A stretch of DNA of 64,000 nucleotides from Eledone cirrhosa (lineage: Eukaryota). This document shows, one piece after another, positions 25,139 through 38,299 of the stretch; position 1 is the first letter of the stretch, and each line of letters opens with the position of its first letter. The translations under genes and the position numbers were made by a program. The DNA lies in the NCBI GenBank assembly GCA_964016885.1, contig OZ024740.1, forward strand, positions 196,044,001 to 196,108,000. The letters are read 5' to 3'. The notes below the pieces were generated by a model that was not told where the DNA came from, did not search any database, and saw nothing but the letters and a program-made list of their open reading frames with translations.

Positions 25139-25487
25139 CAACAGTTTTTGTGTTTTCTATAGATAAAGTAACAATTTCATTTTTGTGTTCAATAATAAAC
25201 TTTAACTGGTAACGAGACACCGTCTGGTGAGTGTAGCCCATATCAGGAAATGAATCATTACTTTTAAACAAGGCAGATGATGATGATGATGATGACAAGG
25301 GATAAGACTTAGAGAAACTGACTTCATTATCATTATATGAAGTAGGGTAACTAGTTGAAGTGGTGTTTGTGGTAGAAGTGGCAGTTGCAATGGCGGAAGG
25401 GGTTGTTGTTACTATTGACGATTCAAATGCAATGCTGTCTATAGATGGTGAACACACATCAGGGGGGATGGCACTTTGGACAGCCTC
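25139..25487 (-). CDS. FAF1: FAF1 exon 3 (Ser/Thr linker and start of UBL)
   Basis: EAVQSAIPPDVCSPS...RYQLKFIIEHKNEIVTLSIENTKTV(G); cag/gtaggt; 349 nt, phase 0/1. Confidence 0.92.
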
Positions 25488-26181
25488 CTGTAAAAAAAAA
25501 AATATTTTAATTAGTAAATCTTATGAAGATAGGAGCAAACATTTTATATCAGCCAAACAAAAAAGGTATACAGAATTATATGCATTGCTCAAGAGTATAA
25601 TATAGTGACAGAAATAAGATTAAAATTTCTGGCCATTGTGGTCAGTAGTCCAATATCTTTACTTCACAGACATTTACAGAAAGAAAACTTAATGGATAAC
25701 TACCCAAAATTTCAAGAAATGAGTTTATGAATGGGTTTCTCTTTAGAAGTTGTAGAACACAGCAGGGCAGCTAAGGATGCATCTTCATATAGTAAGAGAT
25801 TGATGAAGGCAGGAAAAATATTAAATACAGCATGGTTAATATTATTGATGTGTCTTTTCTTTCCTTAGCCTATTCAATTTGAAGAAGTCAGATTGTTTTA
25901 TCACTTATTCAGGAGAGCAATGTCCATAACCCTTTTCAAGTCCTACAAGACTAGTAAGAGAAAGATATTCTTAAACTAGAGGATTGGTCCAAATGCTTAC
26001 AAAAGAGTGAACTCCACTAAAGGCACCAAAGGGCCAGGCAGTGGTGTTAAACCAGGAAACTGGTTAAATTGTCTACAAATGTGGGACAGAAAAGACAAAG
26101 TTGACTGGCAGATTTTTAATCCAGAATGCAAGGAACCAAAATAAATACTGCAAGGAATTTTGTTTGGTACTCTAGTGCTTC

Positions 26182-28785
26182 TCATCATCATCATCATCAT
26201 CAACGTTTAACGTCCGTGTTCCACGCTTGCATGGGTTTGGACGGGGGTAGTCCCACTTGAGGCAAGAGTGGTTGTCTTGCTCGCATAGGACTGTCTGGCG
26301 GGTTTTCTACGGCTGGATGCCCTTCCTAACACCAACCACATTTACAGTGTGGGTCTGGGAGGTTTTTACCGTGTTGCCTACACGGCCACATTACAGCGTG
26401 GACTGTGTGTTTTTTTGTCGTGACACCTACACGACCTCATTTGTTTCGGCCTGGATGTTGTGGCACCAACATAACTTTACATTGAAAGGGGCGGTGTGGA
26501 TGGGGGGGGGGGGGGGGGGTATTTTGTTAGAGATGCCTACTGACTGTAGTCGGTTTTACTTTGTATTTAGGTAGGGCGGGTCTTCTCTATTACTGAGTAC
26601 CGCCAAAGGTCTCGGTCCAGTGACATTGTCTTGGAGAGGTGTAAGCGTGTGAGGTCGGAGTTTATCAGCTCGTCCCAGGTTTTTCTAGGTCTGCCTATTC
26701 CGTGGCTACCGTCTATCTTTATTGCCCTGCACTTTGTAATGCAGCTATCGACTTTCATGCGCATCACGTGTCCATACCAACGTAGCCTTCTCTCGAGTAA
26801 ACAACATCTGATCCCTCTTATTTCTAATTTTTTCCTTAGTTCGTTTATGCTTTGCCGTTCACGTATATTACTATTACACATCCAGTGGAGCATGCAAGCT
26901 TCGTTTCTCTCTAGTCTGCGTATATCCTCTGCACACAATGCCCAGGTCTCACTGCCATGCAACATTGCTGTTCGTATGCAGGCATCGTACAACCTGCCTT
27001 TCATTTTTAGGGAGAACCCTTTAGCGGCTAGTAGCGGTATAAGCTCTCTGAACTTTTTCCATCCAGTTCTGACTCTAGCTACTGTACTTTCAGAGCACCC
27101 TCCCCCACTGCTGATTTTGTCACCCAGGTAACGGAAGCTGTCCACTATTTCTATAGAACCCTCTGCGCAGTTGAAAGAGCTAGTATTTTGTGGGCACTTG
27201 TTGCTACTTATTGCACCAGAGCACCGGCCACATGTAAAATCTATGTTCTTAGTTAGCTTACCTGTGATCCCACTACATCTTTTATGCACCCATACTTTGC
27301 ATTTGGGACACAAAATGGAGTTTCTACCTACGCCTTTCCTACACACTGAGCATGGCCACTTCCCGGAAGGGACCACCGCCTTATTTTCTTTCTTACAAAC
27401 TAGAACTTTAGTCTTAGCCAGGTTAATTTTAAGGCCTTTTGATTCTAGGCCGTGCTTCCATGTTTGGAATTTCTTCTCTAGTTCGGCCATTGATTCAGCT
27501 ATGAGTGTTAGGTCATCTGCGTATAGGAGTTCCCATGGGCAGCCGGTCTTGAACTCCACTGTTATAGCCTGAAGGGCAATAATAAATAGTAGGGGGCTAA
27601 GAACAGAGCCCTGATGAACACCAACTTTTACGCTAAACTCTTCACTATATTCGTTGTTAATTCTAACCTTGCTGACTGTTTCTTTATACATGGCTTGTAT
27701 AGCTCTCACAAGCCATTCGTCAACACCTAGTTTTCTAAGAGCCCACCAGATAATGGAACGGGGGACTCTGTCGAAGGCTTTCTCCAAGTCGACGAAAGCT
27801 AAGTATAGGGGTTTACTTTTAGCTAGGTACTTCTCCTGTAGTTGTCGTACAATGAAAAGAGCGTCTGTGGTACTTTTGCCTGACACAAACCCGAACTGCA
27901 TTTCATCTAGATCAATTCTCTCTCTGATTAGTTGCGCTATTACTTTTTCCGTGACCTTCATGACCTGGTCGATTAATTTAATGCCTCTATAGTTACTCCT
28001 ATCTAGGGCATCTCCTTTACCCTTATAACAGTTAACGATGATGCTGCTACGCCAGTCCTTCAGAACAACCCCATTCTGTATGACTTGGTTTACTATCCGG
28101 GTGACCATGGTGTGTCCCACCGTACCAGATGCCTTCAGCATCTCGGCAACTATTTCCGAAGGCCCAGCCGCCTTACCCATCTTCATATCTTTGATTGCCT
28201 TACTTATTATACTACCCTCGACTAACACTGCTGGTCCCTCTATTGGGTCGATGTGGGGGAGTGTCTTTCTCCCATTTATTCTCCCCATTTAGTAGCCTTT
28301 CATAGTGACACTTCCAAGCTACCTTCTTATCAGCGTCGGTGATGGCAAGTATGCCGTCATCATTAAGTACACACTTCTCCCCGACAATATCACGGTTTTC
28401 CTTGACACATTGCCTAGCAATCCTGAACACCTCACGTTTTTGGTCCTCGCGTTGTAGAACATGCTTGAACTTTCTTTCCTCTGCTTCCCTTCTTGCGAAG
28501 TACACTTGTCTCCTAGCTTCCCCCATCCCGCCATACTTTCCAAGCCTGCTTTTTGGCCTTAATTGACCCCTCCACCTTACTGTTCCACCACCATGTTACT
28601 CTCCTCCAGCCACAGACTTCGTCTGCCGCCATCAGCAGGTTTGCTTTCAGGAATTCCCACTGCTCCTCTATATTGTACGACTCTAATTTCTCTTCCTTAG
28701 TGTCGAAAGCATCAAGTAGTATACTTTTGAATTTATTTCTGGCTGTGGGGTCCTTTAGCTTCCATATTTTTCTCCTGAGGATAGT
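26182..28785 (-). mobile_element. RTE-clade LINE subfamily B, 5'-truncated
   Basis: 573-aa open RT+PHD-like frame at 26567-28288; frameshifted linker upstream; (TGA)n tail. Confidence 0.95.
26567..28288 (-). CDS. RTE ORF2 reverse transcriptase (partial, open frame)
   Basis: NYRGIKL, QFGF, FVDLEKAFD, HQGSVLSPLLF, YADD, YLG, RLRWYGHV. Confidence 0.8.
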   Translation of the reverse strand: MGRINGRKTLPHIDPIEGPAVLVEGSIISKAIKDMKMGKAAGPSEIVAEMLKASGTVGHTMVTRIVNQVIQNGVVLKDWRSSIIVNCYKGKGDALDRSNYRGIKLIDQVMKVTEKVIAQLIRERIDLDEMQFGFVSGKSTTDALFIVRQLQEKYLAKSKPLYLAFVDLEKAFDRVPRSIIWWALRKLGVDEWLVRAIQAMYKETVSKVRINNEYSEEFSVKVGVHQGSVLSPLLFIIALQAITVEFKTGCPWELLYADDLTLIAESMAELEKKFQTWKHGLESKGLKINLAKTKVLVCKKENKAVVPSGKWPCSVCRKGVGRNSILCPKCKVWVHKRCSGITGKLTKNIDFTCGRCSGAISSNKCPQNTSSFNCAEGSIEIVDSFRYLGDKISSGGGCSESTVARVRTGWKKFRELIPLLAAKGFSLKMKGRLYDACIRTAMLHGSETWALCAEDIRRLERNEACMLHWMCNSNIRERQSINELRKKLEIRGIRCCLLERRLRWYGHVMRMKVDSCITKCRAIKIDGSHGIGRPRKTWDELINSDLTRLHLSKTMSLDRDLWRYSVIEKTRPT

Positions 28786-28810
28786 CCTCTTCTATCAATT
28801 AATATTATTT

Positions 28811-28997
28811 GGGTGGATTGGCAGTATCGGTAGAGGGTCGGACGCCATGCTTTCCAGCATAGTTACGTCCCTTTACGATCTGAGTTCAAATCCCACCGAG
28901 GTTGACTTTGCCTTTCATCCTTACGGGGTCGATAAAATAAAGTACCAGTAATGCACTGGGTGATTTGCTGGCCTTGTGCCTAAAGTAGAAACAATTA
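28811..28997 (+). mobile_element. SINE family 1
   Basis: Full head with A and B boxes through to gcctaaagtagaaacaatta. Confidence 0.9.
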
Positions 28998-29586
28998 TTT
29001 GATATTTTTATGAACAGTGACATCCATCAAATGATAATCAACCCTACAGATCAGTGCAACCCAAATCACTCTTCCAATCACATCCACAGGAAGATTTGAA
29101 TATAGTAGTGCAAGCTACTAAACCACTTATGAAATGTACAATAGTGTTACTTCTTAGAACACAAGATATTAGTCCTGCAGTAGTTATTAACAGTTAGATT
29201 AACTCAACCATTTCAGTGTTAAGTATCTTGACTAAATGTATCTTCATATCAATACTGTCTAAAGTAAGGCGTGTTTGTTTATGTCCTACAGTGTAAGGGG
29301 CTAATAAAGACAAGCGGTATATACTGTACTTAAAAAGAAAGTATGATTTGGCATCAGGAAGATTATCAGTCCATAGAAAAAAAACATGATTCAGAAAGTC
29401 TTCAAACCATGCCAGAATAGAAACGTGGATGTATGATGATGATGACTAAATTATATATCAGCCCTCAGTTAGGCCTCATGTATCAATATCTTAATTTGTA
29501 TTAACTACAGTCAAACCCATGCCAGTGTGGAAAGCAGATGTAAAAATAATGATGATGATGTTACAAATTATTAAATATTAACATAC

Positions 29587-29655
29587 CTCTAAGTTCCAGC
29601 TGTGATGTTCCAAAGTATCAATACAGACTTGAATATCTTCTATCCTGGTTATTTC
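29587..29655 (-). CDS. FAF1: FAF1 exon 2 (UBA)
   Basis: EITRIEDIQVCIDTLEHHSWNLE; cag/gtatgt; 69 nt, phase 0/0. Confidence 0.93.
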
Positions 29656-30440
29656 CTGTAAAATATAAAACGAGGCAGAAACTATGAGAAAATGTTAAGT
29701 TCCTTGTAATTTTACTTTTGTTTTCAACATAATATATTCAAAATATGATGACTGAAATAATTGAAAACCTAAATATATGTCTAATAAATTACTGGTACTA
29801 AGGCATAAATTTTGTTGACATCATACACACATTTAAGTTACGTAACTAAATACTGCACTGCAGGTCATTAATAAGGCCATGTTTACTTCCCACCACACCA
29901 GTATCAACCCTCAGCACTTAAACCAGCTAAACTTTAGTATTGATTTCCAACAGCTGCAATGCAATAAATTGGATGGGTGTGGTGGGGAATCAAATCCTTT
30001 GATACCAGTGCTTAACTGGTACTTGATTTTACTCACACTAGGTTAAAAGTCAAACTCATTGGTATTTGAACTCAGAACATAAAGGACCGTAACTATGCCA
30101 CAAAGCAGGGTTGTCCAACGCTCTTCCGATACTGCCAAATTTTATCCAATGCTCTGTTTCCAACAATCCACCACCCTATCAATGTTGCCATTGATAGTAA
30201 ACTGAATTATCAAATCATATAGGACATCTATTTTTCTTAGTTTCAATAAAGTCATTATTTTTATCACAAACACTTTCTGTATATCAGTATTTCATTTATT
30301 ATATGAAGATTATGTTGTATTATACATTAGTTTTGAAAACATGTTCATTTTAGTTTCTATTCTCAATATTTTCTCTTAACTATTAGATTAAGACAAAAAA
30401 AAAAAATGTTTAAGGATGCTATTTAAAATCCCAAACTTAA

Positions 30441-30548
30441 CCGTCTGGATGCTACAGGTGCAATATGTCGCCAATAGAGTAATCTCCCCTTAATACTTAA
30501 TGCAGTGTCAAGGGAAGCAATTCATAAAAATTTCTAGCGTGCTAAAGA
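30441..30548 (-). mobile_element. ~108-bp TTAA-flanked mini element, copy 1
   Basis: Reverse complement of 39766-39873. Confidence 0.6.
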
Positions 30549-31835
30549 TTCACTTTGCAGTATTTGTTTGTTTTTTTTTGTTTTCAAAGTTCATCTTCCA
30601 ATGTGGCCAACTTAGTAGATTTAATCTGTAGCTCAGTTTAACACCAGCACATAACCTTTGGATATCTTGTTCCTTCTCTTCCATCTGTCTTGAAGGTCTT
30701 CAAAAAAGTCATAGGCACTGCCCTTCTAATCCTTACTAAACAGCTTTTAAAAAAATTGTTGATAAAAGCTGGTTTCTAAACCCCAACCAGCTTCTTTTTA
30801 AATTTGCTTAAACACACACCATTGATGCACAAAATACATCTAATGAATCATTTTTTATAAATGTAATAATTGATTGGTAAGGACTTCAGAAAACTGGTAG
30901 AATGCAGTTGACAAATGCCACAACTGAGACACTGAGGTCCCCATAAAAGCAATGGAAAGGAATGTGGGGAATTTAAGAATTAAAGACGTTTTAATCATCC
31001 ACATGCAGAAGCCACAAATAAACAATACATCAAAACTATGTGGAGCCGAATGGCTTCTATGACTTCTTCAGACATGTGCAATCCACACACTTGGACCTAT
31101 TTTTGTTTTGCATTTGAAAAGAGGGTTCTAACCCTGAAATATACAGGGTAAAAAACATTATTTTGTTTTATCTTATTTGTCATCCTTTGCCCTTTATATA
31201 TTTCTACTGCATTGTACCAGCTTTCTGAAGCCCTTACCAATTTCTTTTTATTGGTTTGGAGACAGGGGGTTGTAGCCATTGTCCTTGCGGGTGCTCAGAC
31301 ACCAGTGAGATCAATGCAGTTATTGAAAAGCTGCAGGAAAAATATGGGCAAGGAGAAGATTCCAGAGGGATCATATTACTGGGTAAAGCGGTTAATGTGC
31401 AGACATACTGAAAGGAAAATACATGTGATGAAAGGAAGAAAAACAAAAATATTTGGAAGTGTCTGGATACAGTTAACACAATAACAGCTATCACCAATGA
31501 GCAGAGGCCAGTCTTGTAACAGTAGACAAATCTATAGGCTAATCATGTTTTAGATATTTTTTTAATATATTGATCTGTCCATCAGTTCAAGTACTGAAAA
31601 TTAATGCAGTGAAAGACTGGAGACTGCAGTGTTTGGCAATCAAAAACAATATAGAGTTTGAGAGGACTCTTCAACCTGGCCAAGCATGTGTCAACTTCTC
31701 TAGTGTTGGAATGTTTGAACAAGATGAGATTGGTCCAGCCCATCTAGTCTCAGCCTGTAATAATCCATCCGACCTATGCCAAGTGGAAAGTAGACATAAA
31801 ATGATCTTATCTCTCCAGTACCCTGACTCCTTTAA

Positions 31836-32048
31836 CCCTTTAGCATTTACATTATATTTACTATAGTATTTTTGTGGTAAAGGCTTTATCTTACATAATT
31901 ATCTTGCATAATATTGAATCTATAAGATTTTGATATTTATTTTGAGAACAATACCTTAATGTAGGTATCAGCGGCCAGTTATAGCCAGTTTGAACAGAAA
32001 GAGTTGAGAGAATTTTGGCCGGATTTGGCCAGTTTAAATGTTAAAGGG
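31836..32048 (+). mobile_element. piggyBac-type MITE copy 3
   Basis: TTAA CCCTTTAGCATTTA ... TAAATGTTAAAGGG TTAA. Confidence 0.9.
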
Positions 32049-32619
32049 TTAACCCAAAATTCAATGTAAAATAATATCAAATTTTTGTCATGCCGAACAG
32101 TAATTTTTTTCTGAAATAAAAAGGCTAGAACCCTTATTAAAAATGGCTTCAGCTCTTTAAAGTAGTCTTGCTATTATGAATTGTAGCCTTTATAATATCA
32201 ACTTCAAAATAAATAATAATTCATATGAACTAGTCTCAAAGAAACATCACATGAAATAAACTTCAGCTCACCCTATCCCAACCTAGGCTACAATTCAAAA
32301 TATATGGAAAATCTAGAAGACATTGCTATTGTGGAAACAAGACCTAGAATAAAAAGGACTCAGAATAAACTGGAGAAAGACTAAAGTTTTAATAATTAGG
32401 AAAGTAGACCTTGATGCCATTAGGGAAATGGCCATGCTATATATGCAGAAAACGAGTAAATAGGTATTCCATACATATATCCAATGGAAAATTTGACATC
32501 CTCAGTTACATGGGCACTATGGTACAATGGATACAGGGAGTAGAGGGAGATTCAAGAGAGACATACTGGATGTGAGTTCCAATGTAGATAAATCTCCCAG
32601 CCTTCAATATTACCACTAT

Positions 32620-33960
32620 TTTAATGTTCTTTTTGCCACTGGGTTTTCTCTGGCACTGCATGTCACCAATTACTACAATCCTTTATCTGCTGTGCGATTT
32701 AGTTTCTTGAGGTCAGTCTTCACTACTTTGTCTCATAGTTTCCTTCGTCATCAGGTTCCACCCACATTGAGTGCCCTGCACTTCTTTATATAATTGTCAT
32801 ACTTCATACATATCACAAGCCGATACCAGCACTGTCCTCTCTCTTGCACACTACACCTGATTTCTTTCATGCACAGTACTTCTCTCAGTTCACTTGCACT
32901 TTAATATTAAGTCAACTGGAGTATGCTTGCTTCATCTCTTTCTTGTCTTCTCAAAGCCTCTGCATCCAAGGTCTGTTTCATTGCCATGTAGCATTACATT
33001 TTGTACACAAGAATCATACAATCTGCCCTTCACTCTAAGAGAGAAAGCCTTTGTTGCGAGCAGAGATAATAGTTCCCTGTACTTCCAAATGGTTCTAACC
33101 CTGCTAGTTATACCACCCATGTAACAAAAGCTGTCAACCACTTCTAGAGAGCAGTCAGAGCATTTAAAAAATCTATTTCTAGATCTCAATACCCACTGCT
33201 CCTGTGCATCTACCATATATGAAGTCTACATTCTTCATTACCCTGCTTATTATCTCACTAAATCATATGGAATTGTTCCCAACTCCTTTTCTGCATATTG
33301 AGCATGTTTACTTTGAGGTATTTCTCTAACTTTATTACAGATTCAACTATAAGAACTAAGTTATCATATATGAGTTCCCACAGATAGTTAATTTTAATTC
33401 CTCTCAGTAGTACCCCTTCTCCACACATAACCAAACTGCATCTCATCTAAGTTAACTCTATAGTTGCCCTCTCTAGCTTATCTTTGCCCATATAGCAATT
33501 GACAAATTTGCTACAACCTTCATTAGGTATGACACCATCCTGTGCAACCTGATTTACTAAGGACATGACTAGTGCACAACCTACCATGCCAGATATTTTT
33601 AGCATCTCAGCAATTATGCTTAAATTACTTTACCATACTGCTGTCATGTCTGATGGCTAGTCCCTCTCCCAAGCATTCTCCTCATACAACAATCTCTCAT
33701 AATGGCACTTACAAACTACTCAGCATAAGTAAAAGCAGTGTGCGCTGCTATCATTCTGAATGTTCCCCAATGACATCTTGGTTTTCTTTAGTACAGTTTG
33801 GTAATCTGGATAACCTCATGCTTCTGATCCTCATGTTACAGTACATATGAGTACTTTTTTACTTTCTGCTTCTTCCTTAGCTAAGTATACCAGCTTCCTA
33901 GCTTCTCATCTAACTACATGGTATAGCTCACTGCTTCCCTCATTCTTCTACTCTTTTCAG
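32620..33960 (-). mobile_element. old, heavily decayed RTE LINE
   Basis: Fragments RELLSLLATKAFSLRVKGRLYDSCVQNVMLHG and WELIYDNLVLIVES. Confidence 0.8.
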
Positions 33961-34106
33961 ATCTGTTTCTTAACTTTTACGGGTTTCTTCACATGTTTGA
34001 TTTAATAAGACCTCAAGTATATAGCTAAAGACAAAAATCAGTAAACTAAGGAAAATTGGTCAAATAATGTACATTTGCATAATCCAATATAACAATATGC
34101 ACTGTT

Positions 34107-34810
34107 ATCATCATCATTTTACGCCTGTTTTTCTATGCTTGTATGAGTTAGACAGGTCTTTACCAGCACAGCAACCTTCCATTTGCTGTGATGCTTCATC
34201 ATTGCATCTGTGAGCTTCAGCGATTTGAAATCAGCCATCACAACCTTTGTCCAGGTCTTCCTTAGTCTCCCACAACAGCAGCTTTCTTCCACTGAGATTT
34301 CTTGGCACTTCTTCGCCCAACATATGCATCACATGCCCATACCAGCAGTCTTTTCTTTTGCACACAACTGATTCTTCTTGTACCCAGCTTTTCTTACAGC
34401 ACATCCAGGTTTTGTCGTTTACATACATCTATTGAAACATTTTCACTTCATTTTTCTCTAGCCTTTGCATATCTCCTCCATTCATTGCCTATGTCTCACT
34501 GCCATACAACATCGCACTTTGCACACAGGCATCATGCAGCCGCGCCTATCTTTCATCGAGAGAAACCTGGTGTAGTCAATAAAAGTAACAGCTTCCTGAA
34601 CTTTTTCTATCTTGTTCTTATCCTACCCACTATACTCTCAGTGCAACCTCCTCCACTGCTAATTAGATCACCTAGATAATAGAAGCTATGAACCTCATCT
34701 ATAGAATCTTCCTGGGATTGGAAAAAGTTTATTTCACTGATGCTCTTACTACCAACTATCCTTGTATATCTGCCACACATTAAGTGTACCTTTTCTATTA
34801 GTTTGCTTGC
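34107..34810 (-). mobile_element. old RTE LINE 3' fragment
   Basis: WYGHVMHM and YLGDLISSGGGCTES-like segments; (TGA)n tail. Confidence 0.75.
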
Positions 34811-35079
34811 TGTCCACTACACCTCTTGTGTACCCAAGATTTATATTGTATACATCATACAGAGTTTATATATTTATTTACTGCACATCAACTTCTATAA
34901 AATCTCTTTTTCTATCTATTTTGCTTTTTTCTCACTCTTACATTATTAAAACTTTTCTTCCTGTTCCACACTGCTGTTGTACTGAGACAGAGATGATGAT
35001 ACTTAATAGAATGCAATTTTCCTAACCAGAGAGAAAAGGTGACCAAATAATGACAAAAGGGGAAAGGAAAACAGCTTAA

Positions 35080-35278
35080 CCCTTTAGCATTTACATTACT
35101 CTATATTTACTATTATATTTTCACAGTAAAAGCTTTAGCTTACATACTTATCTTTCATATCAAATCTATGAGATCTTGATGTTATTTATTTTAGGTATAA
35201 TACCTTAACATCAGTATGAGCAGCCAGATACAGCCAGTTTGAACAGAAAGAGGTGAGAGAATTCTGACCGGTTTAAAT
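35080..35278 (+). mobile_element. piggyBac-type MITE copy 4, right TIR truncated
   Basis: TTAA CCCTTTAGCATTTAC...; stops at CCGGTTTAAAT where an RTE tail begins. Confidence 0.85.
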
Positions 35279-35281
35279 TAT

Positions 35282-36725
35282 ATCATCATCACCGTTTTAC
35301 GTCCGTTCTTCCACGCTAGCATGGGTTAGACGGGTTGTCCTGTTGTGGGCAGTGTCTGGTCGGCTGACCATGCCTTGCTCATACAGGAACTGATCTGGCT
35401 TGATTTCTACAGCTGGATGCCCTTCCTAACACCAACCTCATTTACAGTGAGTGCTGGGTGCTTTTTCGTGGCGCCTACACGTCCACTTTACAGTGTGGGC
35501 TGGGTGCTTTTTTGCCGTGGCACCTCCACGACCACCTTGCGGTGGGGGGCGGGCATATTGTTTATATGCTTCAGCATGTACCCATGGGAGGTCGGGTACC
35601 CTGTATTACTGCGTGACGCCAGAAGTCACGGTCGTGTGTCATTGACTTTGAGAGGTGTAGTTGGGTAAGGTCGGCTTTTATCACCTCATCCCAAGTCATC
35701 TTGGGTCTCCCCACTCCGCGGTTTCCATCAACTTCTAGTGCTCTGCACCTTTTTATGCAGCTGTCATCCTTCATACGCATCACATGTCCATACCAGTGTA
35801 ACCGCCTCTCCTGCACGCAGCATTTGATTCCTCTTATGCTCAGTCTCTCTCTCAATTCATTTATGCTTTGTCGTTCACGTATATTACTGTTACACATCCA
35901 TCGGAGCATGCAGGCTTCGTTTCTCTCTAATCTACGTAAGTCTTCCACCTTCAGCGCCCAGGTCTCACTACCATGCAACATCGCTGTTCGGATACACGCA
36001 TCATACAGTCTGCCTTTCATTCTGAGGGAGAAGCCTTTTGCACCTAGCAGTGGTAGTAGTTCCCTAAACTTCTTCCATCCCGTTCTTACCCTAGTTATTG
36101 TACTTTCTGAGCACCCACCTCCGTTGCTAATTCGGTCACCTAGGTAGCAGAAGCTGTCTACTGTTTCTACAGGGCCCTCCCAGAGATTGGTGGTACTTGT
36201 TTCCTGTGGCTGTTTGCTTGCTGTTTCAGCACAGCTGCTGCATGTGAATCCTACATTCTTAATTAAGCTTCCTGAGATCCCGCTACATCTCTTGTGTACC
36301 AATTGTTTGCATTTGGGGCAAAGAATGGAGTTCCTACCTACACCTTTCCTACATACTGAGCAAGGCCATTTCCCTGAGGGGATCTGGGTTCTGTTTTCTC
36401 GTCTACTTATAAGGACCTTAGTCTTTGTCATGTTGACTTTGAGGCCCTTTCTCTCTAGTCCCTGCTTCCAGGTTTGGAATTTATTCTCTAGTTCTACCAT
36501 AGATTCAGCTATGAGTGCGAGGTCATCAGCATACAGGAGTTCCCATGGGCATCCGGTCTTAAACTCCTCCGTTATTGCCTGCAGGACTATGATGAACAGG
36601 AGAGGGCTAAGAACAGAGCCCTGGTGGACCCCAACCTGTACGCTAAATTCCTCGCTATACTCATTGCCAATCCTAACTTTGCTGACTGCTCCCCTATACA
36701 TGGCTTGTACCGCTTTCACAAGCCA
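35282..36725 (-). mobile_element. RTE LINE subfamily A, 5'-truncated
   Basis: Near-identical by eye to 23420-24845; open RT C-half plus PHD-like finger in ORF 35571-36764. Confidence 0.95.
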
Positions 36726-38114
36726 TATACACATTGTAATATGTAATAAAATATGTATATACACATTGTAATATGTAATAAAATTGAGAAAAGGGATAGT
36801 AAAGCGGCTTTAAACTCTGTAGACCCCTCTCCGTTCCTTTGCATATAACTTAATATATATAGGAATCGCCATCAATTTTGATGTGTGTTTACTAGTAATA
36901 ATAAAAAAAAACAGCAATACTGTTTGTATTCATCTTGCTAGTGAGAAAATATCCACTCCATAATTGATGCACAAAATAGCATTTTAACACCTCTCTTACT
37001 ACTAAAAGGATGGAAGCACCTTGTGTCTATTAGATAATGGGAAAGAAAGAAGAGTTAGTGTTTGTTGAGTTTTATGTTAGCTTAGATCGTAATTGAAGTG
37101 GCTGAGTCATATAGAAAACATAGCAGAGATGGAATTAAGCAAGGACCATGAGCCAATGATAGAACTTCTATACAGTTGTTCAACTTGCAAGGTGTCCTTT
37201 CTTAAATAATTCATTGGATAATATAGTCCTAGATACCCTATGCCTATAATAATAATAATCCCCCCACCAAATCTTGGTTTAGTCACAAATTAAAAGCCTT
37301 TTATATCATATTTCAGCTAATTGAAAGTTGACATTGAGCTGAACAAGGAACCTTAATCCAGATCCTATTTTATTCCTTTTTTTCACACATTATTTGTCCA
37401 ATGCTCTGGCTTTTTGCATTCTGAGTTCAAACTCTGCTGTGGTAGATTTAATCCACCACTCAGTTTAACACCACCACCACCTGGCCTTTGGATAGCTTTA
37501 GTAAAGTCCAGTTTATTGCAAGCATTCAGGTCAGGTATCTGGTTTAAAGACACCTTCCCTTTCCAAGTTTTGGAGACTCTGAAAAGTGTGATGAGCACTG
37601 CAATTATCTCCATCACTAAACAGTTAAAAAAAAAAAAAAAAAAAAAAAAAAGGAGCCCCACAAACCACGTCACATATGGTTTCTGCATTTCTTTCTTTTA
37701 TTTTTATATACTATCTGCTCAATGTGCATGTTTACAATAAATATATATATAAACCATACAATCCAACTAGCAATCACCGAAACCAAGGTCACACAAGCTA
37801 CTCATCAATGGTATTTCTAAAACAAACTAAACTTTTCTTTTCACAGCTCAATTCATACCAAATAGTATCATCCAAGATATCTTAACTATCAAGGTTGAAC
37901 AGCATTGTAAAATAATCAGATTTAATTATTTTCAACTGGATTGTAAATTCAATTAAATGATACATAGTAATGAACTAACTAGCAATTAACTATCAAAGGA
38001 AAGAAAATAAAAAATAAAAATACGTATTCAGTACCTGGTTCTTCTTTATACTGAACTTGGTAAAAAGTAATTATAGTATGTCAAGCAAATTAGTCTATCT
38101 TGCAGTACTTATTT

Positions 38115-38299
38115 AATTGTTTCTACTTTTGGCACAAGGCCAGCAATTACCCAGTGCATTACTGGTACTTTATGTTATCGACCCCGTAAGGATGAAAGGC
38201 AAAGTTAACCGTGACGGGATTTGAACTCAGAATGGCAGGGCCGTAACTCTATACGTCAAAGCATGGAGTCCGACCCTCTACCGATACTGCCAATCCACC
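38115..38299 (-). mobile_element. SINE family 1
   Basis: Full-length copy flanked by TATTTAAT-like repeats. Confidence 0.88.

Noticed and set aside
30700-31500. Possible decayed transposase or exon in intron 1
   Set aside because: Only short ORFs with no convincing motif or splice-phase fit.
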